This document shows, one piece after another, positions 1 through 13,313 of a DNA stretch of 64,000 nt. This stretch comes from Callorhinchus milii (taxonomy: Eukaryota), in NCBI RefSeq assembly GCF_018977255.1, contig NW_024704742.1:25236001-25300000 (forward strand), read 5' to 3'. The notes beneath the pieces were generated by a model that searched no databases, was not told the DNA's origin, and was given only the letters and a program-made list of their open reading frames with translations. The stretch's first letter is position 1. Every line of letters starts with the position of its first letter. The translations under genes and the position numbers were made by a program.

Positions 1-1209
1 ACTCTGCTCCCTATCCACATTCAAAATCCTCCCTAGACTCATCTCTGTGATTACATTTCGGCCACTTTCACCTGCCTCTAAACTCAGGCTCCCGGTTCAG
101 CTGTCTCCCAGCACTATATAAATGTAAACTGCTGCTGTTATAACCAGTGCTTGGAGGTGCATAGTTTTGGCACAGAGTGTCTATCTTGCTCTCTGATTTT
201 CCACTCGCAGTGTAGGTGCACTGATTGTTCACTGCATGAGATGTCCTTCAGTGAATCAGTTAATGAGGACATGATGCTGCATTCGTGGTGCAGTTCAATG
301 ACGGTCAGTTTGGACACAGATGGATTCAGAATCCAGTATACTGGGCTTGGTGTGATGCACATTGGGTTGCAGCAGGGGTCACTGTTTGTAACTTGATCTT
401 ATCAACATTGTGTTTCAGTCTCTGTTATTAAAAATAACAGCAACAACCTGCATTTATGTAGCGCTGGGTAGCATCTGGGAGTGCTGAAAATAGTTTAATT
501 CCCTAGTAACAATAAAAATAATCCATTAATTTGATACCGGGTCTTATCATGTCTTCTAGATGTCTCAAAGTGCTTCACAGGATACACCATAAAGTGGAGT
601 GGCTGTCTGTTTGGTGGGTGAAATTAATAATTACATTGAAAGCAATAGCTCTCTCTTTAAGGGGTGCACAACATTTCACAAAAAATATATATTTTTTTGC
701 ATATTGACCATTTCCTGGAATCCAAGATCAAATCCTTCAGCAGTTGTCTGGTTGCTGGAAATGCTGTAAACATCGAGCTCTTTACCTCTCAGTATATCCT
801 TGTTTTATTTTTAGCAATTGAATTATTTATAACTACAGTAGTGCTTAACATGCCACTTCTCCCATCTAGTTATTTTCATTCTGTCCCACTGGAATGCCTT
901 TCAGTACTAGGGTAAGTTCAGTGAGTTCATCCAGGGATCTGATCCAAAACAGGTTTAACTCTGAGTGTTGGCCACCTTTTTGTTTGAGCCAGAGTACACT
1001 TCACCCACAAAATATACAGTCAATTCACTTTGCAGTATGTCTCAAAGATGTGATAAGGCGCTATTTCGCCCACAAATATACAGTCAATTCACTTTACAAT
1101 ATATTCTGTGAAGTCCTTTGAGACGTCTAGAAGACGTGAAAAGCCCTATATCAAATGCAAGGATTATTATTATTATTAATTACTCAGCTCTGGACCCTTC
1201 CAGTGAACA

Positions 1210-1390
1210 GGTAATCTCACCCCACTGTACGGTGATTTCACTCCGCTGCATGGGATGGTCTTGCGATGCTGCACAAGTGGTCGCCACTCCACTGCATGGG
1301 TGGTTTTAATCTGTTGCATGGGTGATTGCGCTCCGCTGCATGTGCTGCTTTGCTCCACCACCCAGGTGGTCTCACTCCATTACACAAATG
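1210..1390. repeat. Degenerate minisatellite, about 22-bp unit x about 8 (ggtggtctcactccactgcatg)
   Basis: Units ggtaatctcaccccactgtac, ggtgatttcactccgctgcatg, agtggtcgccactccactgcatg, ggtgattgcgctccgctgcatg, ggtggtctcactccattacaca. Confidence 0.75.
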
Positions 1391-2195
1391 CGTCTCAGTT
1401 AGTTCAGTTAACCAGGAAGACTAACAGGGGAGACTCATGAAAATCAACAACGCAGGTCGGCCTTTCTCCTCCTGCCCCCTCTCACCCCCTCCCAGCCTTG
1501 GATTAAGATGCTACTGTCAGAAAGATGGGGCTTAGAATCCACTTTCCTGGCAAAATGGTTTGTTGTTCCTGACTGTGCACAGGAACACATTCAAGGACAT
1601 GGTCCACTGGGCACTCAGGCAAGGCTTATGTAGGATTGGCATTGCTGAATAGTATCCCGTTAGAGAGAGAGAGAAAGAGATGACTGTCAGCGAGGGAGCA
1701 GTTACTTAATAACATCCTTCACTTTTTAGATATTATTGCCCCCATGAGTATATTTTGAGATCTTGGCAGGAAGGATAAACGTCACGGATTTTGGAATTAT
1801 TAAAAGAGTTTAAAGAAACTTGAATTACACAGCTGCTTTGTGTATATACTGTATAATACATTCAGATTTTGATGGGTATAACAGTGATAGTCTGGAGAAT
1901 TAAAAATCAGAAGCCAAATGATTGCCATTGTTTGAAGACTTTAGAGGCAATTTTGTTTAGTTAAAAACAGTATATTCTATGTTCTAATTCAAGACTGACA
2001 TTTTTAATATTGGAATTGCTAAAAGGTCAAACCGCAGACGGCTCAGATGAAAAGTGCCCATATATTTTAGAGTAACCCAGTGGTACTGTTCTGTTGTCAA
2101 ACAGCTGATTGAGGCCACAAGAGGCATAAGCTCCAGCTTTCCACTTCCAGGTCTTTCCAGTTTTATTTGTGCCTCTGGTCTATTCATGCTTCTGT

Positions 2196-2580
2196 GATAA
2201 TAATAATAATCTAATAATCCTTGATTTTGATATGGCACTTCTCAAATTGGCAAGCAGTCTCAGAGAATTTCAAAGGATTTATTATGAAGAGTAGTCACTG
2301 TATATGTTTTTAGCAGGCAAACACAGCAGCCAATTTGCACACAGCAGTCTTCCACAAACAGCCATGAAATGAATGATCAATTTTATCTGGGGGATTGTTG
2401 GCCAGGACACAGGGAGAATGTCTTCTATTTTCAAATTGTGCCAAGCAATCTCTAATGTTCACCTAAACAGGCTGATGGGACCTCAATGTAAAGTCTCATT
2501 CAAAGGACGGCACCTCCAACAACACAGGGCTCCCTAGCACTGCATTGAAATATCAGCCTGGATAGTGAATTCAAAGTCCC
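2196..2580 (-). mobile_element. Old SacSINE1-like DeuSINE
   Basis: cagccaatttgcacacagca and tctcattcaaaggacggcacctcc motifs. Other fragments at about 7002-7615, 14269-14845, 17100-17730(-), 42735-43081, 46690-46915 and 56780-57058(-). Confidence 0.75.
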
Positions 2581-5500
2581 AATGCGCCCTTTGTCTAGTC
2601 TATTTATGTTTAATCCTCTCATAAGAATCCTTATATTTAGTAGAGTGCCTTTTCCATTGGGAGGATGTTTGAGTACAAGAGGCAGCTTTGACCCCAGCAT
2701 TGCCTCCTGATGTGAAAGTCTATGTAAAAAATTGTTTTTGTTGCTGTTGTTGCCCACCTTCTACTTTCTAGGTCGTTATTACACATTTTTAAAGAACAGA
2801 AAAATTGTTATTAAATGTCTCATAAAAGTCTTCCGAGCTGTAGTGTACAAAGTGCAATAAAATGGCATGCAATGCGTGATGTGTAATAAGTGTTTTTTTT
2901 ACACTCTATTTACACACTTCTTCCCCACTTTTACCCAACAAGACAATTTGCAAATCTGAGTTGAATTTACAGAAGTTATTACTTTAATTTAATGTTAACT
3001 CTAGATAATCTCTGATAAAGAACTTCTAATATCAAGAAAATATTGAGTCCCACTGCCTGTACTTTTTAAGTAAAATGCTTAATTTGCTTCTATAGGATAA
3101 ACCAATTTAAAATTCGTCCACTTTGCCCTATTTTATCAGGATAGGCAATAAGAAAAAATATTTTCATGTAGAGGATTAATAGAACATGGAGAACTTAGCC
3201 ATGAGTGTCTTTGAAGTTGAGACCATCAGAATATTTACAAGGGAATTGGATAAAGATTTAAAGGAATAAAAGATATGAATGATAATGAGGAAAGTGCAGG
3301 GACTTTGGTTTGGAGTAGATGGCTCCCATAGATAAACAAGCACAAACTTAGATTAAATGGGCTTCAATCAGTAGAAGGATTATGCTACAATTTCTTTGAG
3401 GCGATCCAATTATCTTTCTTTAATTTTTATTAGGAAAAACAGTTTGAAAAATAGTCTATTTAGGTTTTCAAAGTATAATAATTTTTGCATTTGATATACC
3501 ACCTATCAGGTCAGGAGGATATTACACAGGATTCACTGTTGTAAAGTGTAGTGACGGGTGTCTTTGACGTCAGACAATCTTGTATTTTTGTTTATTACTT
3601 TCGGTAGTATTACTATAATTGCATTGCTAGAATGACAGAGTGGGAAAGTGGTTGCACTCGCCTGGTGGACCTGTGCTCTTATATAAAATACACCACGTTG
3701 CAATTTGGAGAGGGAAAGTTTTGCATTTATAGGACGGATGAGTGATTTCTGACTGTCTGCCACTTTTGTCATGTTGCAAAATGATCCAAAATACAGTACA
3801 GTGTATTTTGTAGTAATGAAATTATTTATTACGTAAAGATGTTTTCACATATAACACGGACTTACAATATTTTTGTTCTTTGGTACACTACAATGCATTT
3901 GCACAGATTCTAGTACAGTAACAGAAATAAGTAATAGGAAACAGAAAATAAGGGCATTTATTTGCCCTTATTACACATGCTTCTACATAAACATATACTG
4001 TACTTAAACAAGTTTTAATAAACTGACAGTTGCAGGGGCTGGGGCCAATCTATCACATTGACAGTTGCTCGCTTTGTGTGTTGGTACTTCTGGCCACAAC
4101 ATCCCCTGGTGGCTCCGGAGGACTAATAAGTCACTCTGGATAATTAGTCACTGAGCTCTTTCCACTTGGAGCGAAGAATTATTAGGGGTTTACTATATCC
4201 TGGTGCTCTAATGGGAGGATTGTAAAGTGGACATTCTGGAAGGATGAGATTAAATGGTCGAAGGATCTTCATTATCCAAACCTCTTTTGTAATCTTATGA
4301 TATTGCAATTGGCCAGTACCTACCACAGGGATGTAGTTAAAGATAACCTCAATGCACCTCTTGCACCTCAATTACGCAACAGTTTTAAAGCACTTCATTC
4401 AATTTTCTATGATTCAACCCAACTGATACCACTCAAAAGTAGATTACTGTGTTATGCACACATTATACATTAAATAAATCACCTCGTATTTTATATATAC
4501 CAATGATTCATTGTGCCTACCATGATAGATATCAAGATGGAACGTTAATATATAAGAGGCTGGCAGCACTTCATAAAAAATGTAAGAGTGGCCAGAAAAA
4601 GCAATTTAGAAGTGATGAATTCCTTCTCTGTCTATGAGTCATGTGGTTAACATGCACCAGGTCATAACACCAAAGGCAGGAAGATTTAAGAAGCAATCTC
4701 ACTTTAAGTATATAAGTTTGGCAGTCATCTTCAATAACCTCGTCCTTCAAGAGCGAATCCTATGTAGGTCCCACAGCAAACCTTCATCAGAAAGAGCGTA
4801 ATATTGTACCTTTTAAGTGAGAAGGTGAATCCTCACAGGAATTCAAATATTGGAGTATTAAAGCATAAAATTCAATTTGGAATTAAATATTTCTTCAGTG
4901 TACAGTAGGCATACACAGACCAACTTGTTTACCTTTATGGTTTTAAAAAAACACCCTGAGATCTGTATTTAGTTTTTTTTCAGTAAAATCCACAGTCCAG
5001 TAAGGTTTTGAAAACATCAGCTTGATTGATTTGTACCGTGAATTGCATCCATGGTTCCCTACGGATCTGAAAGGTTAAATTAAACTTTATAATGTTATAA
5101 CATCAGTCATTCACTTCACGGCTGTTTGTGGGTCATTGCTGTATGCAGATTAGCTGTTATATTCACCTATAAAAATACACAGTCAAGCTGGAAGTTGTGG
5201 TTGAAGCAAAGAGCATCAATGTATTTAAGAGGAAAGTTGATGCATACACAAGGGAGAAGGGAACAGAGAGATATTGGAGAGGGGAATAGGAGGAGTGAGG
5301 GCTCGAGTGGAGTACGAACACTGGTGTAGACTAGTTGGCCTGAATGGCCTATTTTCAGACCATATAACTGTAATTTCCTTACATGTTACTGTAAATCGTA
5401 TGAAATGCTTTGAAACATCCTCTTAAGGTGAAAAGTCCCTAAGATACATCCTTTCTGGCCTCTGATGTTTACTGCAGGTAAAACGATGCCAAATGGTTAT

Positions 5501-6445
5501 AAATCCCTTCTTCCTCCCAACTCTGGTGAGAATGATTTGCAGAATACATAGGTGGCTAGGCTTATAGGGGGTTTCGCGCAAGTTTGACCAATGAAAATAT
5601 GTATATGGTAAATGGAGACAAGAAGGTGGAAGATAGAAAGTGGGGATGAGAAGGGGATCTGAGAATCAGAATTAAAGTATTCATAAATAATATTGTGCAT
5701 AATAATTGCCATGGTTTCGCAATTACCATATCAATTATTATGCTCGAAAATATTTCCATATGTGGTACCATCTTGCTCCAACCTACCCATATTTCGCCAT
5801 AGGCTTCTTTGGTCTATTGGCCTCTTTCTCTTGCCGACATCCTTGCGTTGTATTTCACAGTAAAACTGCAATACTTAGATACCGACCGTAAAGCTGTAAT
5901 GAGTCTTCGAAGAGTGATTAGAAAGAAACAAAACAGAGGAGGCAGGAAAGGAACTGAAGATTCTGACTCACCCTGAAGCAATAGGTTTGGCAACATGCAG
6001 AAAGAATGTGAATTGAAAGAGAAGCTAATTGACATCAGCCTCTGAAACAAAACCTAGAGAAATCTCAGAATGTGACACAGCACAGCAAAGGGTAGATCAA
6101 GAATGCACAACAAACACACAGCAGGGAGGAGACCTACTGGAAATGGAATATATTTCTTTTATACATTCTTGAAAGCTGGTAAGCCATCCAGCAGCGAAGG
6201 TCAAAATGTAATAATGATTGAAGTAAGCAAGGCAACTGCTTCAGTCAGAGGAACAAAGCATTTCAAAGCAAGATTACAAATGAATAAACAGGAAAATGTG
6301 AATTTCTTGCTGCATAACTCATAGAATCGTAGAGTGTTACAGCACAGAAACAGACCATTTGGTCAGTCAAGTCTACTCTGGTGTTTTTCTCCACATGAGC
6401 CTCCCAATCTGAACCCACTCTCCTATTCATTCCCCATACCCTTTA

Positions 6446-6723
6446 AGAGACCTGAGTTCAATTCCAGGCAGGGCAAAACCTTGGGCAAGTTTCCTTACTC
6501 CACACAGAGCCTAATAATAATCCCTCCAAAAAAACAAAACAATAATAAATTGGTCATTTTCAATCTACGACTGTTTGTGGGACACTGCTGTGCGCAATTG
6601 GCTGCCGCGTTTGCCCACAAATATACAGTCAATTCACTTTAAAGTGTGTTCTGTGAAGCGCTTTGGGACGTCTTCCTGATGTGAAAAGCGCTATATCAAA
6701 TGCAAGGATTATTATTATTATTA
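6446..6723 (+). mobile_element. Young tRNA-Ala/Deu SINE, 5'-truncated
   Basis: Starts in the tRNA T-arm (agacctgagttcaattcc); inserted in a CR1 3' relic. Confidence 0.9.
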
Positions 6724-8399
6724 ATATTCCTCATTCTCTTAAAGCATCTATCTGAAAGAATTGATTGACTGTGTAAAATAAAAATAATAGTTATGAAGAT
6801 GTCTCAAAACATGTTTAATTCTTTTTGCAATTAATTATCTTAAATTTCTGCACTCTTGTTGCTGTCTCGCCAACCAGTGAAAATGATACATTACTATTTA
6901 CCCTATCATAACCTTTCCTAGTCTTGAAGACCTCTATCAGGTCACCCCTTAACTTTCTCAGCTCTACAGGAAAAAAAACACTAACTTCTTAGGTATTCAG
7001 GTATCAACATGGTTCACTTGGCTGCACTCTCACCTTTGAATCAGCAGGTTGTGGGTTCATGTCTCAGGTAAGGACTCTGAACTCATATCCAAGGCTGCGG
7101 ATGCATCACAAACATCCTGTAGTTCCATTAGATCAAATCAACAGTCAGTTTGTTATTTCTAGCTCCCTTTTCTTTGGGATTAACCAGCAAAAGACCAGTC
7201 AACCTGCAGCCATTTGGGAACACAACATAGATAATAGTGTTCTTCATATGAAGGTAATGGAATTCATATAGTCAATGCTTAAACGCAATAAGAACAATTT
7301 GCATTTAAATAGCACCCTTCACTCGGAGTTGCGTCTCAGTGGGTTTGCACTCTGAGGAGGAGTGCTGCATTGTTGGAGATGCCGTCCTTTGGATGAGACA
7401 TTAAACTGAGGTTTCTTCAGTGTCCTGGCCAACAATTTCCGCAAATAAAATTGGTCATTTACTAATGCCTGTTTGTGGGACATTGCTGCTGGTAGATTGG
7501 CTGCTGGGTTCACCTACAAAATACAGACATTGCACTTTACAGTAAATCCTGTGAAATGCTTTGAGACATCGCCCCAATATGATGCACTCTGCAGCAAATG
7601 TAAGGATTATTTTATTAATGGTGTATTTTGATTCAGTAAATGGGATTCAAAAAGTGCTTGGGGAAAATGGGAGCATGAATTAATGTCTTGCACATGAAAA
7701 AGCACCTTGGGACATAAAATACGTATTCTCCAGGGATTCCCATGGATGTGACGCTGAGCTGTGAGAATGTAGCTCTGACCATATCTCATTGTAGGTCAGA
7801 GTAAAGTATACAGGGTTTCCAGGAGCAGATGCATTTTACGTCCTGAGGTGCTTTTCCTCTGGCGTGAGACACAGATGGTGCTTCCCAACAATGTGCGCCA
7901 TTCTCCAGCCCTCAAATTCTTCACTGAGATGAACACAAAAGTTAACCTTATTAGTAACTGTGGAGACCTTACCTGATTATTTTAAAACCAATTGGATTCT
8001 GTTACACTTTCCTCAATCAGAGTTGTGTCACGTGAGTTGCTAAGCAACTTACCATGAGTGGGAGATGATTTGCTCGAAAGCCTGGGTTTGGCTCCTTTTT
8101 CTGTTCTGGGATGACTGGGATGATTGCTGTAATAAAGTTTTCATTTTTTAAAAAAATGAAGAAATGCTTTCTGCTGAATTGGGGTCTCTCTGAGCAAATA
8201 GCACACACGAACCTTATCCTGTCATTACCATTAATTTGCGAGACACCAGTGAACTGTCTGTAAAGTGCGAAGCACATCATAGCCAAGCCAGTTCTGTCAC
8301 TAGTACATTTATACCTGCACTCAAGCACAAACACACACAAATGCACATAAACAAACACACACACAAATTCCAGTGTGTATGGGTGGGTGGGTTGGGGGA

Positions 8400-8610
8400 G
8401 GTCACTGGGTAGGAATCAGAAGCAGGAACCCAGGCTAATTCTTACCCTACCCCACCCTAGTTCTTCATTTACTTGGGGTGCTGAGGACAGTTATAATGCC
8501 CCTATCATCACCCCAGCTGAGATCAGCTAAAAGCAGCTCTGACTGGGCATTGAACTTGGGACCTTTTTGCTGTATGCAGCTCATTGCATTTACTAGTTCA
8601 GCCCATCAGG
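8400..8610 (-). mobile_element. Ancient tRNA-derived SINE resembling AmnSINE2 (by recall); other pieces at about 29105-29215(-) and 36055-36215(+)
   Basis: Minus strand aaggtcccaagttcaatgcccagtcagagctg..ttagctgatctcagctgggg..cctgggttcctgct; motifs recur in the other two pieces. Confidence 0.6.
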
Positions 8611-10448
8611 CACAATTTCACTTAAGCAAGTGAAGATGTTTACTGCATCAGAAGTCAGTATAGCATGTGATGAGTGTTCATTGCCTATTGATGTGTTTCT
8701 AATGTGACGATTTAGCAGCTGTAGAATTCTGATACATCCTAATCAACCCATCTAGCCATATAGTGAGATGTCTACCCCAGGGCTGGGTCTTGGTATATTT
8801 GTGGCTTTTGATGTGCGTTCAAACCCTCAAATTGATCTTCTGTCTTGTGAAGAAAACGTATTCTCATTAAAGGCCAGAAAATGCTCTCTATATTTCCGAA
8901 TGCTTCAGCACTTTTAGGTTAATGTGAGTTTTTCCAAGTGGTTTCCTGTGCTGCTTTTTAAACTGCAGATATTTTATGAACGATTCTTTAAACATATTTT
9001 GTAGGCATTTTATACATATAGCTAACTTTCATAATATATTTTCTTTGTAGGCCAACACAAAGTTAAAACAAAACCAAGTTTTTAAAAAAATCAGTTTATG
9101 GATATACGATATACAATATATGTATATTGTATATATATATGCAGGGTGAGCAAAAAATCATGATACCATTACAATGCCTAATAAGTCTTAAATAAATTAT
9201 GATTTTTTTATAGATAATAGGGTAGATATCATGACTTCTGGTCACCATGTATAATATATAAGTACTTTTTGGAGTTGCCAGGTAACAAGTACTGTCAATA
9301 TATGCAAGGTGTCTCACATTGGAACCATTTCCTTACACACTCTGCAATACTTTTCTTCAGTACCACTAATTGTACACGGTACTATGCTGTTTGCATGTGC
9401 CCAGAGGCGAATGTTGTCCTTATCTACTGAGTTGTTGCAGGTGAAAACGTTAAGAGATTTAATGGACCTGTTTGAGCGTGGAATGTTATTTTTCCTCCTG
9501 TGAGTCCGGGTAATTCTCTTTATCGGGCACCATCGTCATGGTGATTCGTGAGGCTGAGAGTGAGGGAGACCTAGGGATGTTAGTTGACAAACGGCAAAAC
9601 AGTGTGAGGCAGCAATAAACAAGGCAAACAAGAGATAAACATCATGCTGGTCTACATTACTAAATTAGATGAGTTCAGTTCAATCCACGACTGTTTGTGG
9701 GACACTGCTGTGTGCAACTGTCTGCCACGTTTCGCCCACAAAGTATACTGTCAATTCACTTTACAGTATATTCTGTGAAGTGCTTTGAGACATCTCAAAG
9801 ACTTGATAAAGCACTATATCAAGTGCAAAGATTATTATTATTATTACAATGCCCTGGTCAGGCCTCACCTAGAGTACTGCATATAGGTCAGGTCAATACA
9901 GCAAAATGTAACTGCCCAGGCCCCAGAGGGATTGCACAGAGAGCAACAAGGATGATTCCCGGAGTTAGTGGAATGAGCTGTGAGGAACAATAAGATAAGC
10001 TTGGGATCTTCAGTCTTGAGAGGGGACGTTATAGAGACATATAAGATTCTAAATGGGCTTGAAAAGGTGAGCCCAATACAATTCTTTCCGATCTGCTACA
10101 GAAGAGGGCATTGGTTTACGAAGAGGGCATTGGTTTAGAGTTGTGCTGCATAAATCCTCTGATCTATTTAGGTTATAAGCACCTGCTACACCAACAAGCC
10201 GTGTTTGGCAGAAAGATTAAGACCTGCCAGGATAAACTAACTTTGTCCTTATGGTTTTATTTGACAAAATGCATTTGGAAGGCAGTAAGTGAGGTTCCAT
10301 GGTGCTGGAAGTTCACAGCCTAATCCACAAAGACAGTGGAGACCCATTGAACCATACTAACTACAAACCAGATTTACGCCTCAGTATGCTCTACAACTGA
10401 GGAGCTCATATGCTTTCTACTATTGTTTCTGATTTCTGATATAATTTA

Positions 10449-10682
10449 GGGTAATAATCCCTTCAAAAAAAGTTAAATAAATAAAATAATAATAATAATG
10501 ATTTGGTCACTCAATCCGTGACTGTTTTTGGGACACTGCTGTGCACAATTGGCTGCCGTGTTTTGCCTACAAAATATACAGTCAATTCACTTCACAGTAT
10601 ATTCTGTGAAGCGCTTTGAGATGTCCCGAAGATGTGATAAGGCCCGATATCAAATGCAAGGATTATTATATTATTATTATAA
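10449..10682 (+). mobile_element. 5'-truncated Deu SINE (older subfamily)
   Basis: Deu core plus tail. Similar truncated copies at about 1000-1180, 9678-9846, 29888-30009 and 50963-51167(-). Confidence 0.8.
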
Positions 10683-11165
10683 TATTCCAGACCTAGTTAG
10701 ATCATGCTAACCAATTGATTTTGGAGTAAGGATTGCACAGTGATTTGGCCAGCCTTATGCATCTCTGCTATTACAACATGGGACAATTTCCTCAATATAA
10801 ACTTGAATACCTTGATTTCTTTCATTCCAGAAATTTGGATCGTGTTTATTTAAATGAGGGACAAAATAGACTTCTGTTTGCTTAACGTTGCCTGAGGAGA
10901 TTGTTAACACCTGACTTTTCTAAACCTATAAACAGCAGGAAGGTTTTAAACTGCAGAGATGCTATCCTCTCAGTATAGTTAGAACTGGAAATAGGCCCCT
11001 TAGTCTCCTTCGTGCTGAATGTTCCTGAGCCTGGAGCTTGCAGGTGCTAATGCGTAACTATCAGTAGTAAAGAATACAAGTCCACTATTATAATCTTCTT
11101 ACCGGTGGCTAAAATTTGTGACGTTTCATAATCTGTTTGATGCTCACATCGAGCACATTATGAAA

Positions 11166-11310
11166 TCACACAGACATACACACTCTCACACACACACACA
11201 TATACAGACATATACCCATATACTCACATACAGATACACAGACAGATATACACACACGCACAAAATATATATATACTCACACACACGCAGATACACACAC
11301 ATATACAGCT
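11166..11310. repeat. Compound (CA)/(TA)/(GA) microsatellite
   Basis: Direct reading. Smaller tracts at about 8325-8365, 16168-16188, 31585-31625 and 40280-40345. Confidence 0.9.
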
Positions 11311-12844
11311 ATGCATTTCTGCATGTTGGATTGCTCCTTTTTAAAAAAAATTGTCACCATTTTGTCATTTGGGAGCCCTCAAAAAGTTTTTTTTCCCCAT
11401 TTCATAATGTGCCCAATGTGATATTATGATCCCTACAGGGTATGATTGAGTTGGGGTAGGGGGGGGACTTTTTTTCAGATGAGAGATTAACCCAAGATCG
11501 TGTGTACCTATTCAGGTGGATGTTAAAATTCCCACAGCACTATTCCAGGAGAAAAGGGAGTTTCTCCCAATTTCCGGGTCAACAATCCCCCAGACATAAA
11601 TTGTTTGTGGAATACTGCTGTGAGCAAACAAATGAATTTTCTGACTCCCTTGTTGATGAATACATGCCTGAAAGAATGATTAAAAGGGAAAAAAAGGAAA
11701 ATTAATAAAGAAATTAATGTTTTAAGAAATAGATATAAAATTCAAATAGGTTTATAGCAGTATGTCGGAAATGAGGAAGGTATGGTATTGAAAGAGAAAG
11801 TTTTGCAGGTTAAACAGCAATAGTTTAGATAGAATTATTAATATCTGTTCTAATGCATTTGTAATATTGTATTTGTGATGCAACTATTTGTAAAATTACA
11901 AAGAGGAGAAAAATAGTCTTATTTATTGCTAGTGGCTAAAAATAGTTTTGGATCCTTTGGAAATTGCAGCCCTGGCAGGCTAGCAAACTGCCTTACAGTC
12001 ATACTTAATGTCATTTTTTGTTGGGAAGACAAATACAAAGCAGACCAGCCAATATGCAGTTTAATCTTCAATTCTATCGCACCTACGCACAGTGCTTGAA
12101 TGACAGAATGCTGCAGCTTCAAATGTGAATGAGGAACCCATTGTTTAAACTGTGTCTTGCACTTAACTTGAGGTAATGCTACCATGGTGATAAAATCGGT
12201 GCAAAGAAATAAAATTAAACTACGAATACTTCTGCACATCAAGAGAGACTTCCTTTACAGATGCCTAGCTGTGATTTTGTGGAAAATGACTTTTCTCCTT
12301 TTCGGGACGGTAAGCAGGGTGACTTTGGAGCCGAGTTCCAAGGTGACAAGCTTAGCATTGGAATTTTAGAATTGAGTCAATCTTCTGTTGTGGTTTCAGT
12401 CCAGCTCCTGAGCCAGACAGCACTCCAGAGCATTATTTGTGGTGGACCGTCGCGCCGGGCTTGTTGCTGAGACCTGGAGGGTGAGACCAGGTACTAGGGA
12501 TAGGGATTCCTTCCAGTCAGCTCCTGTTAACTTTGTAAGCCAAAACCCTAAAGGGTAGGATGCTCCTAGCTGCACAAGCAGTGGTTAAACTCCATTTGCA
12601 TCCCATTGCCCACTGTGGTTCACAAGCCGTGGCTCTTGCCAGTCTGAACCTAATAACCTCCCGGATTAGGTGAGGAGAGTGCATCTTTCCAGGAAGAGAG
12701 TGCAGGAAATGCGAGGGCACCCAATGAATGAGATATATAATGCAACCATGTTATTAGTTAATTTGTGCTATAGTGCAGCTGGATGTAGTACTCTCAGTTC
12801 GATTGGTTTACACATCCAAGGAGATGACTTTCAGACATCTGAAA

Positions 12845-12929
12845 ATTATTCTCCACATATTTCTTTTAGTTCAACTGACATCTGTGTGTCACATGTCAGT
12901 TGAACTGAAAGAAATATGTGGAGAATAAT
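12845..12929. repeat. Near-perfect inverted repeat (37-bp arms, 11-nt spacer)
   Basis: 12845-12881 is the reverse complement of 12893-12929 at 36/37 positions. Confidence 0.95.
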
Positions 12930-13313
12930 AGGTAAGTTACAGTGATTGGAAGAAACATCTGTCGCTAAACCACAGTGGCTAATTATTATGTCACATATCG
13001 CATTTTCAGCCCAACTAACAGTGAGAAGCATTTGTTTTCAGCAATAAACTCTGTCGCTTCTCTGTTAAAATTGCTGCCACTCATTTGCGACTGTTTGCAC
13101 TGTTGAGGTGAATTATTAGGTAAGAGCACAGTCATTCAACATCACTTCTTACAATATCTTAAATATCTGCAGAAGTAGGTACTTATTTGCTCACAAGAAT
13201 TTTGTATTTTTTCTTAGTAAAGAATCGTGTCAATCTGGCTGGTGATGATACGATCACTTTTAGGGTTTGAGTTCACCTGGTCTAGTCAGATGTCATCACG
13301 AAACCCTTAACTT

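Noticed and set aside
815..911. Possible upstream SLC2A9 exon (tttag ... gtaagt)
   Set aside because: No frame resembles the expected TM1 GSSFLYGYNLSVVN sequence and the phase-0 frame has a stop. The real upstream exon was not found in the window.
1210..1390. CRISPR-like array
   Set aside because: The units are contiguous and degenerate with no unique spacers; the context is eukaryotic with no cas genes.
10101..10138. 19-bp tandem duplication gaagagggcattggttta(c/g)
   Set aside because: Simple local duplication at the edge of a CR1 relic; no sign of function.
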